This document shows positions 33,527 through 44,596 of a stretch of DNA of 44,596 bases, one piece after another. Source of the DNA: Octopus sinensis (taxonomy: Eukaryota); contig NW_021834971.1 of assembly GCF_006345805.1 (NCBI RefSeq), positions 1 to 44,596 on the forward strand, given 5' to 3'. Every line of letters begins with the position of its first letter. Positions within the stretch are counted from its first letter, which is position 1. The notes below the pieces were generated by a model, which saw only the letters and a list, made by a program, of their open reading frames with translations, ran no database searches and was not told the DNA's origin. The translations under genes and the position numbers were made by a program.

Positions 33527-33769
33527 AAGTATTGCTTAAGCTTACCATGAAATGGTCTTTTTCATGCCAAATTCTACTTGGTGAAATTACTGATTACTTC
33601 TTAATTACTTAATTTTACCCTTTGTTATTATATATATATATATATATATACATACATACACACATACATACACACATACATACACATGTATATATATATA
33701 AGCATATGTATATACTTATATATGTATATATGTATATATGCGTGTATGTATGTTTGTGTGTGCGTGTGC

Positions 33770-33960
33770 CTTTGTATCTGTGCTTGTCTACCACAACCAC
33801 TTGACAGCCGGTGACGGTGTGTTTATGTTCCCGTAACTTAATGGTTCGGCAAACGACCCCAATAGAATAAGTACCATGCCTAAAAAAAATTTATAAATTC
33901 GACTAAAAATTGCCCCAGCATGGTCACAGTCTAATGACTGTAACAAGTAAAGAATATAAG
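33770..33960 (+). mobile_element. Family B 3' module preceded by a TA/CA/TG microsatellite
   Basis: CTTGACAGCCGGTG..GGTGTGTTTATGTTCCCGTAACTTA..GGTTCGGCAAA...CCAGCATGGTCACAGTC.AATGACTG.AACAAGTAAAGA. Confidence 0.8.
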
Positions 33961-34000
33961 GGACTAAAATAGTTCTGTACTTTCTGTTGTATCTTCTGTA

Positions 34001-34038
34001 TCTTTCTGTTGAAGAGCGTAGGCTCGAAACGTTAAAGA
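34001..34038 (+). ncRNA. Minimal hammerhead-like motif with variant core CUGUUGA
   Basis: TCTTT CTGTTGA A GAGC-gtag-GCTC GAAAC GTT AAAGA. Helices I and II are perfect, with the palindrome AACGTT. Relatives lie at 43411-43448 and 43929-43965. Confidence 0.62.
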
Positions 34039-34744
34039 CTTGTTTTATTTATATTTCCTGAGCGCCATACTAATACAATTGTTTGTTTGTTTCCCACCTG
34101 CCTTCGTCTTTTGTCTATTTTCATAAAGCTTCCCGTTATATATTATATCTATATATATATATCTATATATATATATATATATAATATATATATATATATA
34201 ATATATATATATCTATATATATATATATCTATATATATTATATCTATATCTATATATATATGTATACGCGCAGACACAATTATTGATATCATAAGTATAC
34301 CGACAGACAGTACACATGCACTCAAGGACACATATGGAATCTGGAGGGTGGGGAGAGGGTATTTAATAAGCTAGAGTGTTGTGTCATTCACCGACTGATG
34401 CGAAAGTGTCACTGGGGAGTATGAGGTGAACACGGCCATATGCAATGCAACATCCATATTTGATTAATATCCTGGGAATAACTAAACACAAACATCGAAC
34501 GCACACACATATGTATATATGCACACGTATACGTCTATGATTACATAAATATATACATACAAACACTCAAACACGCATGCGCACATGTATTATATGGGAC
34601 AGAAGATAAACGGATATTTAGTTTTTTTTTCTTTTTTTAAGAAAAGAAGCAACATAGAACAAACAGCTATACAAAAAAAAATAACGTAGAAAATATCAGA
34701 TTAACAGACAACGCAGTTATCAAATGGATGCCAGTCGCTGATGC

Positions 34745-34990
<246 letters not shown>

Positions 34991-35050
34991 ATGTTGTTTT
35001 ACTTAACAGGAATCGTTGATATTATTAGTAACTAATTATTTTAATTTTCA

Positions 35051-35233
<183 letters not shown>

Positions 35234-35695
35234 TATATATGCATATACGTACATATATACATATATATGTATATATATATATATATGCATATATACCTAT
35301 GTATATGTATGTGTGTGTGTACGGATGTATGTATACATTATAGAATAAGGTCATACACACATATATTCACACACACATACACATATTCATTGTATATATA
35401 TATTTTGTAAGTGGTAACTTTAATAATTTTCTTATTGGTTCTGGTGATAGAGTTATTATTATTCTTTTTATGTTTATTTTCTTGTTGTGACTGTTTGTAT
35501 TTCTATATTCTTATCTCCGATACATATATACGTATATGTCAGCGAGAGATAATAATCCGATCAGATGTACTGCTGTGTGTTGGATATGTTGGAATTTTTG
35601 TTCGTCGCCCCTTGTGATACGAAGTTAGAGGCAGCGGAGTCAGCGGTAACCTAATAAACGATTATTCTATGGATGCACAGAATGACTTCCTTCAC

Positions 35696-35766
35696 CACAC
35701 ACACGGAGAGGCTTCGTTCCCGGCCATAATTCCGAGAGATAAGGAGCAATAGCTTTTGTGAGGTAA
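35696..35766 (-). CDS. Candidate exon YLTKAIAPYLSELWPGTKPLRVC (phase 2-1)
   Basis: Acceptor TTATTCGACCCTTAAG; moderate donor TG|GTGAAG; in phase with 36394-36470. Confidence 0.25.
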
Positions 35767-36268
35767 CTTAAGGGTCGAATAATCAACAGAGAATTGTTAC
35801 CAGCGGTGTGTAAAAAATGTAAAAAGTAAACTGAATGGCTGGTGATATTAAAGTAAAAATATACTGAGTGATGGGATAAAGATTATAATAGAAAGATTAC
35901 GATTCGTATGGTTTGTGATTGGGAAGATATCTGTCTAATATCCCCTTATGACTGATATGGATGCGTGTTTTTAATGTATGTATGCATGTATTCAGACATA
36001 CGTATGTATGTATGTTTGCATGTATTAGATATGAATTTATGTATGGACGCATGTATGCATATATATATTTTTTGAATATCTTTATATATATATATATATA
36101 TGTATGCCTGCATGGATATACGTATGTATGAATAATTGTGTGTATATATGTATGTATATATATATATATATATGCATGTATATATGCACACGCACACACA
36201 CACACTATATATGCCTTCTTGTTGTATGGATGTATGTATCTATGTATGTGTCCATGTATGCCTTATAT

Positions 36269-36328
<60 letters not shown>

Positions 36329-36393
36329 TATATATCTTTGCTTTTATTTTATTTTAAAATAGTTCTGTACTTTTCATTAAAAAAAATATTCAC

Positions 36394-36470
36394 CACAGAA
36401 AATGATACGGTTTCTTGCAGCAATCAAAGAAATTGAAGCAACTGTTATGATAAACCAGGTACTTCGCAAC
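36394..36470 (-). CDS. Candidate exon VAKYLVYHNSCFNFFDCCKKPYHFL (phase 0-2)
   Basis: Acceptor TTTAAGGATTCAG and donor TG|GTGAAT. A competing plus-strand exon-like reading (36421-36458) exists. Confidence 0.22.
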
Positions 36471-36597
36471 CTGAATCCTTAAATTAAAATAAGTTACTCG
36501 TAGTATGCGGTAAATTCAGTAAAGTTAAAAGGGTGGAATAAGGTAGTTACATGTTTCTGTAGTAGCTCATTTATTACGTGCATTTCGTATGTTATAA

Positions 36598-36698
36598 ATG
36601 TGCGTCACATCTTAAGGCTGCGGAACTAAACATATCAATTGTCATACAATCCAACTGTTACCAGTGTATTTCGCAGGCCTTAAGATGTGGCGCATATT
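36598..36698. repeat. Small hairpin element: ~28-bp imperfect inverted repeats
   Basis: ATGTGCGTCACATCTTAAGGCTGCGGAA pairs with TTCGCAGGCCTTAAGATGTGGCGCATAT. Confidence 0.7.
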
Positions 36699-36816
36699 TA
36701 TAACGCCCCTAATTGTTGGTAATTGCCCGAAATAAATGAGTTGATGCTGAAACGTATGTAGCTCGGAAGGAACATACATACATACAAGCACCCTTCGTCA
36801 CTTTAATGGCAACTGC

Positions 36817-36956
<140 letters not shown>

Positions 36957-37120
36957 ATATACATGTTCTCTTGTGTTTTCAATAATTCGAAGTCTTTGTA
37001 GATAACAACAATAAATTTACATTTTGAACCTGAGAAATGTCTTGCATAATTTTACTGTTCCACTTACAGATCATATTTCTAATGAGCGTGTTAGCTGTAT
37101 GTAAGCGTGCACACACACAG

Positions 37121-37152
<32 letters not shown>

Positions 37153-37348
37153 ACACATATATATATATGTGTGTGTGTGTGCATGCATGTATGTATATAC
37201 ATACATTTTATATGTGTGTGTATGTATATATATATATATATTATATATGATATATATATATATATATATATATATAATACATATATGAGGTTTGTAATCT
37301 TTATTTGAACTTATATATATATATTTTTCTTTTCACACACAAACATAC

Positions 37349-37386
<38 letters not shown>

Positions 37387-37985
37387 TTAGTATATAAATA
37401 TTTTTAGTATATATATAAATGTAGTTATATATAAAATCAATATTAATGGTTACATATCACTTATTGCTAATAATAAATAAAGTACTAGTTAGACATTTAG
37501 TAGTCATTTTTTATTATTATGACCATTATTTTATTGATATAGTAAACTATTTTACTAAAGTTCTCTTCCATTTCTATTTACATTAAGCCAAAAAGGCAAA
37601 GAAGAGAAAAAATGTTCTTATAAATAAATATATTACGGGAAAACGTGTATATTCTTAGTAAAAAATATTTATCAAACAGACAAGAAAAAATAGCAACCGT
37701 TGAAGAAGAAAAAAGAACAAACTTATGAAATAAATTGGATATGAAATATATATTCATAAAGATATAATCGTAAAATAATGGTGGACCTTGAATAAAGAGA
37801 AAAACGTAAAAAGGACAGAAAAATGAAAAGGAAAAAGTGAGAGAGAAACAGAGAGAGACTCTACTAGAATGGCGCTATAAATACAATTCATAGAATAACT
37901 ATTAAATAAATTGAAAGAGTGAGTCTTTTGGATTGGATATGAAATGGAATATTTAGTAGCATGCATATATAAATATATATGTTAC

Positions 37986-38041
<56 letters not shown>

Positions 38042-38064
38042 TACACACACACACATATATATGA

Positions 38065-38103
<39 letters not shown>

Positions 38104-38341
38104 CACAGGCATATATGTATACATATATATGCATATGTATATATGATATATATGGATAAATATATATGTGTATATATATACATAAATATATATATATATA
38201 TAAATATACATAAATATATATATATATATAAATATTCATAAATATATATATATAAATATATATGTAATGTATCATATATACATACATGTTTTATATGTAT
38301 ACATGCATGTATATATGTATATATATATATGTATACATACA

Positions 38342-38393
<52 letters not shown>

Positions 38394-38674
38394 GTATGTG
38401 TGTGTTGTGTGTGTTTGTGTATGCATTTATACATGCAGTGTTTGTCTTGATGTTATCTTGGTTCTGTTATAAAATATTTTCATGCTAAAACGGTGACTAA
38501 GTTGAAATGCCATAAAGTCACGATGGGAAGGTTTTTTTTAATATATTTTTGTTGTTTAGGTTTTTCTCTATGTTTTGTTGTTGTTTTGTTTTCTTCTACA
38601 CTCAATAATTTGGAGCAGATGACGTGAATCGATATATATATATAACGACTTTAACCGAATTCAAGCGACTTCCG

Positions 38675-39130
38675 ACGGTATTAGTGGACAGGACGCGATA
38701 TGTAGTTGACAGGTCGCGATATCTAACCGTCAGAAGTTGATATCTTCCCGACAAAAGTAGATGCTTAATCGTCAAAATAGCACTAACCGGTTATATTAAG
38801 CGGTAACATTAGTAGACGATTCACAAAATATTCGAAAAAGCGACCAAATCCGGAAATACCCGACATTAGCTGCATAATATTAATCTCTAAACGTGGCAGT
38901 TACACCACAAAATACTTCTAAATACTAAAAAATGCTGATCGCAGGTGACATTAGAAGCAATGATTATAATATTGACTGACAACATGAGATGTTAGTCGAC
39001 AGCATAAGATATAAGCCGACAACTTTACGATATTAGCGGGCAACTTACGATATTAACCGACTGTAGCCGGTATTAACCGATAAGTAGCGATATCAGCAGA
39101 CAGCAAACAGCATTGGCCATTAGCAGAAAA
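38675..39130 (+). repeat. Highly degenerate ~20-21-bp minisatellite (CGATATTAGCCGACA-like core)
   Basis: GATATT/GGTATT-AG/AA-CCGAC motifs recur about every 20 nt. Confidence 0.65.
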
Positions 39131-39199
39131 CTACTAAATCGGTTAACATTGAAAATAAAACAGCTTTTATTTTATTGAGATTTAGCAATATGAATGTTC

Positions 39200-40860
39200 T
39201 CATAACCTCTGAGATTCTTCGAATCAATACCATTTGCATTATAATGTTTTCCTCTTATCGTCTTAGAAACTGTCATTATGCATTATGGAAGCAGTGATCT
39301 ATAATGCCAGAAACGAGATATTGGTAATTTGAAAGCAACTGAGTAACTAGGAATTGGTTTGGTTCATAATATTGGACAGCTTGAATATATTATATATAAA
39401 TAAATTATTGAAATGTATTTTAGGACTAGTTGAGGCTTTTAGAAGTCAGTAATAAAGTCCTAGTTTAATAAAATGAATCGGAAGAAAAATATATGTACCT
39501 GGATAGGACACCAGCCTAACGCCAATAGCATTCCAAGAGGAATGAATATCTGGTTGTTAGGTGTTGTTGGATAAATATTGCTTTAAGAAAACCCGACGTT
39601 TTGAACTTAATAACATAGGTTGGTGGTGGTTGTCCTGTAGCTATAAAATCAGCCATTTTATAAAATGAATAGTTAGGTATATCCTTTGGCATTGAGTTTT
39701 CGAAGGGGTGGAGGGGATGTCTTCATTAAACACATGACATTTGACAACGTTAGAAACACCAGGCAAATGTTTTAAAAATCATATCCCAAACTCTTAGAAA
39801 GAGATCGATTGGATAATATGATTTTAAGTGTCCTGTACGTAAGGAAGCGGGGGTTAAAAATGGATTGTTAGGGCTATGTACGTTTAAATAAACTTTCGCT
39901 AGATCGGAACTGACCTGGAGGTTAAGCATGCCTATCTTAGGGAGAGAGAGGTGAATAGATGTTGCGGGCTGCACCGAGAGAGAAGGTGATTAGAGATAAA
40001 GAGAACCTCCTGGTGTACAAAAAGAGGATTAATGAGAAAAAGATCAACAGATGAAACGTAACTGATGAAGAATCTTGGAAATGGCTAAGACATGGATTTT
40101 TGAAGGAGGATGCAAAAGGTTCGATCCTTGATACTCAAGAACAAGCTTTGTGAATTAACGAAATTAAGTATTGCATTGATAAGACAGCAGAAAACTTCTG
40201 CGTAGGTAATGTAGAAACTAATCTGAAACAATCAGATATATAATTAATGGATTCCCAAACTGTATCAGCAGAAGGACCGAAAACACCAAGATGTACAGCG
40301 GGTAGACTGGGAGGTGTGAAGGAGGTACGAGCTAAAGTGTATCAACAAATGATGCGAACACTAACCCTTACAAGTCACAGAGATTGATCAGTGAAACTCA
40401 TGTGAGATATGACGATCGACACCGAAAAGCAGCTGCAACATAATCGATTGAATATCACTCTGCTACAGAAAGAGTCCCCAGCAAAAATGGCATCTCATTG
40501 AAATAACAGAACATTGTGAAGACATAAAACGAGAAAGTTGAAAGAGCTGGTATTTAAAGAGGAGAATATTCATGGAACCTCAAAAGTGAATGTGATACTC
40601 ATTGTGACGGTTGCACCCGGAACCATCTCAAAGAACACAAAAATCTGGCAGGAGATGTAGGAACAATCAGACATGATTGAAAGTAAACACTTGGCAGCGA
40701 TACTCGGAATAGCGCATGTCTTGAAGAAAATGTTGCATCTTTAAGACAAGGAAAGTAGCTTAAGATACGACACAGGGAACCTATAGAAACGTCAAAACTG
40801 GAATAAATCGCTATGATGAATGATGAATGATGATGATGACGATGATGATGATGATGATAA
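39200..40860 (+). mobile_element. Old R4/Dong-clade LINE remnant with 3' UTR and (TGA)n tail
   Basis: ESWKWLRHGFLKEDAKGSILDTQEQAL (~40070), DMTIDTEKQLQHNRLNITLL (~40405) and KVNVILIVTVAPGTISK..AAILGIAHVLKKML (~40585-40735). The upstream part (39200-39900: YMYL, EYL..R, LYVRKRG.L..DC) is weaker. Confidence 0.75.
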
Positions 40861-40867
40861 AAATAAT

Positions 40868-41065
40868 AATTTCAAATTTTGGTACAAAGCCAGCAAGTTC
40901 GAGGAAGGGGATAAGTCAATTGACCTGAGTGCGTAACTGGTACTTATTTCATCTACCCCAGAAGGATGAAAAGCAAAGACAACCTCGGCGGAATTTGAAC
41001 TGAGAACGTAAAGACAGACGAAACGTCGCTAAGCCTTTTGTACGATTCTGCCAGCTCATTGCCTC
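40868..41065 (-). mobile_element. Family A SINE
   Basis: CTGGTACTTATTT, GGATGAAAAGCAAAG, CTCGGCGGAATTTGAACT and CGATTCTGCCAGCTC motifs. Confidence 0.85.
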
Positions 41066-41144
41066 CGTTAAAAAAAAATGACGATGATGATGATGATGCT
41101 GACGATGACAACACCGATGGTTTGCTACAGTTCTAGTGATTATC

Positions 41145-41241
41145 TTCTGTGAAGGTGCCATTCTGTGAAGGTGCCATTCTGTGAAGGTGCCATTCTGTGA
41201 AGCGCCATTCTGTGATGGTGCCATTTTGTGAAGATGCCATT
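41145..41241 (+). repeat. 16-bp tandem repeat TTCTGTGAAGGTGCCA x6 (three perfect, three diverged)
   Basis: Read directly from the sequence. Confidence 0.93.
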
Positions 41242-41609
41242 TCCACTTTTCGCATAATTTTCACATCGGCACAGCGCAAAGTTCCACAAAACTCTACTGA
41301 ATCCACGGCCCTAGCATATAACTGGTATGTCGATGACGATACCGATGAGATTTGAACAGAGAGCATGAAGGGAGGAAACTCGATGCCACAAAGCATGTTT
41401 TACCCGGTAGTCTACTGTCTCTCATCCATTTTCCCGTCCCTTAGGCGCTTATTAATTGAATAAATCCTTCCAGAATGTTCCACAGAGCGATGGCCGAATC
41501 AATTTTGCAACGTTATCTCTTATTTGTTTTTCTGATTTTCAATTCCAAATTTATTTTCTTTTGTTATAAAGTTCGTTTAAATAAAATCATCCCGCTACCC
41601 GCAAAATAA

Positions 41610-41621
41610 TGCTGCTGCTAT

Positions 41622-41663
<42 letters not shown>

Positions 41664-41668
41664 CACTA

Positions 41669-41706
<38 letters not shown>

Positions 41707-42109
41707 ACTGCTACTACTGCTGCTACTACTACTACTACTGACGGTAATGATGACAATGCTGATGATGAAGACGATAATCCTCCCCGTCTTCCTCTTCTCC
41801 TTCTTCCTCCCTGCTTCCCTCCTCCTCCTCTCTGCTTCCCTCCTCCTCCTCCCTGCTTCCCTCCACCTCCTCCTCCCTGCTTACCACCTCCTCCCTGCTT
41901 ACCTTCTCCTCCTCCTCCTCCTCTCTGCTTCCCTCCTCCTCCTCCCTTATTCCCTCTTCCTCCTCCTCCCCTCTTTTTCTTCCCACCTTCACCACCTCCT
42001 CCTCCTAATTATGATGCGAATGATAATAATGACAATCACGATGAGGGTGATAACGACAATAGTGATGACGACGACGATGAAGATGACGATGAGAAAGAAG
42101 ATAATAATA

Positions 42110-42146
<37 letters not shown>

Positions 42147-42160
42147 CGATGACGATAAGA
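41610..42160. repeat. Low-complexity block: (CTA/CTG)n, ~21-bp CCTCCTCCTCCCTGCTTC units, (GAT)n
   Basis: Read directly from the sequence; source of ORFs 41609, 41735, 41989 and 42005. Confidence 0.92.
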
Positions 42161-42596
42161 ATAGTTACAACAGCAACAAAACTCAAACAGAGCCCTTTGT
42201 GCCATAGACAATTGTCTACAAAAGCTGCCAACATTGCAAGATAAGAATAAAACATTGAATGCACGATGGTAGAATCTTTTTAAAATTCCATTTAAAATAT
42301 TTGGAACTGAAGAATTTCGCAAGCCTGACAGCAATATATAGGGAGAAGAATAGAGAGGAAAATATTCAATTAATTTTCCCAATTTTGTTAAAAATTATTC
42401 GGTTTGTAAACGTAAAAATGAATATGGCGGTAACCAATTTTACCCTGCTCAAGTCTAATTTTTATTTTTCTCTTTATTTAAAATAAAATGGTAATATTGA
42501 TGAAAGTTTTTAAGAAAGGAAGAATAGAATAAGGTCTGTGTCAGACATTTGTCTGCTTTAATAATATCAATCACATTGCAATTCCGGAGTACGGAA

Positions 42597-42650
<54 letters not shown>

Positions 42651-43094
42651 TAAGGGTGAAAAATTGAATACTTGAGAACATTCCTTTCTTAGTGGTAAGA
42701 CTTTAGCGGATCTACTTCTAGCATAATCAATATCCACATAGTGGTCATCATTCTTGTATGTATGTATGTATGTATGTATGTATATATATATTATATATAT
42801 ATCTATATATATATATATATATATATACACATACATACATACATATATATAATATATATATAATATATAATATAATATATATTAACATACATATATATAA
42901 AGAACTGACCTACCTCAAAATTCGCCATATTAGTTAGTTGAATAAAATGCAAATATAGTAGATGACAAAAAAATAATAAAAATATTGAAGAAAGCTGGGA
43001 GTTCACATATAATTATGTATATACAAAAATATTATTATACAATGTGTGCGTGTATACACACACACACACACACACTCACACACACACACATACA

Positions 43095-43215
43095 TGACGG
43101 GTTTCACTTAGTTTCCGTTAACCAAATCCAATCACAAGGCTTCTGGTCGACCGAAGCTATAGTAGAAGATATTTGCCCAAGTTGCCACGCAAACTTCTTA
43201 CCACACAGCCAGCCT
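43095..43215 (-). mobile_element. Family B head/CORE fragment
   Basis: TTTCCGTTAACCAAATCC..TCACAAGGC..CTATAGTAGAAGA.A.TTGCCCAAG.TGCCACGCA. Confidence 0.8.
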
Positions 43216-43410
43216 GCACTTATGTTATGTACATACATAAATACATGTATATGTATATATGTATGTATATATGTATATATATGTATATGTATATATTTAT
43301 ACACCCATACGCACAAATATAGCTGAAATATATAGAAAAACGAAAGACGAACACAGATATATGAACAACAAGCAAGTGTATATAGTTTGACGCTTGGAAA
43401 AGCGAGAAAG

Positions 43411-43448
43411 TCTTTTAGGTTTCGAGCCTACGCTCTTCAACAGAAAGG
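43411..43448 (-). ncRNA. CUGUUGA hammerhead-like motif, copy with a mutated cleavage triplet context
   Basis: CCTTT CTGTTGA A GAGC-gtag-GCTC GAAAC CTA AAAGA. The core and helix II are identical to 34001-34038. Confidence 0.55.
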
Positions 43449-43761
43449 AATAAGAGAAAATAAACAGAGAGACAGAGTGACAACAACTTGTAGATTTCAG
43501 CTGCCCACTACGATATATATATATATATATACACAATTTAAATATAGGATAAAATCTTCATAAGAATTTATCGAGTAGTTAGCGTGAAAAACCTCATAAG
43601 AGAAAAAACCCATCAATCTTTTTCTTTTAAAATTATTTATTCATATTGTATAGTGGGCACTATTACACATAGATGCTTCACGCTTGAAGGGACTCTTAAA
43701 GTCAAAACTACTAAAATAAATAAACACATCGTACAGAAACAATTCTCGAAGCAGGTCATTT

Positions 43762-43812
<51 letters not shown>

Positions 43813-43928
43813 TATATATAGTCAAATAGAAAATTAAATATAATAAATAACAAAACAGCAAAAGTCAAAAGAACGTACACATGGAATATATTAGCTTGAC
43901 GCTTAGTAAAAGTGGAAAAGAAAGTAGG

Positions 43929-43965
43929 TCTTTAATGTTTCGAGTATGGCTCTTCATCTGAAAGA
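43929..43965 (-). ncRNA. Degenerate copy of the same hammerhead-like family
   Basis: TCTTT CAGATGA A GAGC-cata-CTC GAAAC ATT AAAGA. The flanking sequence is homologous to 43382-43410. Confidence 0.4.
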
Positions 43966-44182
43966 AGAGAGAGAGAAAAGGTCCGAAAAAAGAAAAACAG
44001 TGCAGGCAAAGCACTATGTGGCTATATGGCTGATCTTATATTAGCACGAATATATACATATCTTACACACAAAAATAAACGAATTGACGAAACTTCCAGT
44101 ATACACTTACTCATATATTTGTATTACATTATGATACAAAAGTCGCTTGGATAGGTGTTGTGCATGTATATATACATATACA

Positions 44183-44345
44183 GGTGTAGGCTGGCTGTGT
44201 GGTAAGAAGTTTGCTTCCCAAGCATACGGTCCCGGTGTCGGTTCCGTTGCGTAGCAACACTGACAATTGTCTTTTAGTATAGCCTTGGGCCGACCAAAGC
44301 CTTGCGAGTGGATTTGGTAGACGGAAATTGAAACAAACTCGCCGT
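44183..44345 (+). mobile_element. Family B head/CORE followed by a (TG)/(TA) microsatellite running to the window end
   Basis: GGCTGTGTGGTAAGAAGTTTGCTTCCC...GCCTTGGGCCGACCAAAGCCTTGCGAGTGGATTTGGTAGACGGAAA. Confidence 0.85.
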
Positions 44346-44416
44346 GTGTGTGTGTGTATGTATGTGTGTATGTATGTGTATGTGTGTGTTTGTGTGTATG
44401 TGTGTGTTTGTGTGTA

Positions 44417-44449
<33 letters not shown>

Positions 44450-44492
44450 GCATACACACACACGCATATATGTGTATGTATATGTATATATA

Positions 44493-44553
<61 letters not shown>

Positions 44554-44596
44554 TATACACATATATATATATGTATATATATATATGTTTGTCTTT

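Noticed and set aside
34392-34471. 80-nt minus-strand exon candidate with a strong acceptor (ILIKYGCCIAYGRVHLILPSDTFASV)
   Set aside because: Its phase (2-1) does not bridge the neighbouring candidates. Forcing a chain needs weaker alternative donors, so it is left unassigned.
39480-39974. Minus-strand ORF 39750-39974 and exon-like NIYPTTPNNQIFIPLGMLLALGWCPIQ
   Set aside because: The plus strand shows residual R4/Dong motifs colinear with the clear LINE remnant downstream, so an antisense shadow is the simpler explanation.
41609-42382. EEEEGSR-repeat and poly-Leu/His ORFs as acidic or matrix proteins
   Set aside because: They are embedded in a continuous low-complexity block, with no splice or start context and no non-repetitive coding flank.

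Overview
AT-rich, microsatellite-saturated animal DNA. The SINE inventory and repeat texture point to an octopus-type cephalopod; this is inferred from recognition, not from a search. Most of the window is simple repeats plus about 30 tRNA-headed SINE copies from five recognisable families. It also holds two large decayed R4/Dong-clade LINEs and a third endonuclease fragment, an RTE 3' fragment, mariner/Tc1-type MITEs, several long inverted repeats and two near-identical tandem duplications that may be assembly artefacts. Nearly every ORF in the supplied track is a translated microsatellite or SINE. An unidentified minus-strand spliced gene is supported by two in-phase 3' exons (14523-14633 and 13974-14119); its upstream exons are only candidates. 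The most notable signal, absent from the ORF track, is seven hand-folded hammerhead-ribozyme-like motifs (plus a weaker pair) of the minimal, Penelope-associated type with palindromic helix III. Two sit inside the loops of ~100-bp inverted repeats, one forms the tail of a tRNA-headed SINE, and a small family carries a non-canonical CUGUUGA core. All RNA folds and exon chains were worked out by eye and need computational and experimental confirmation.
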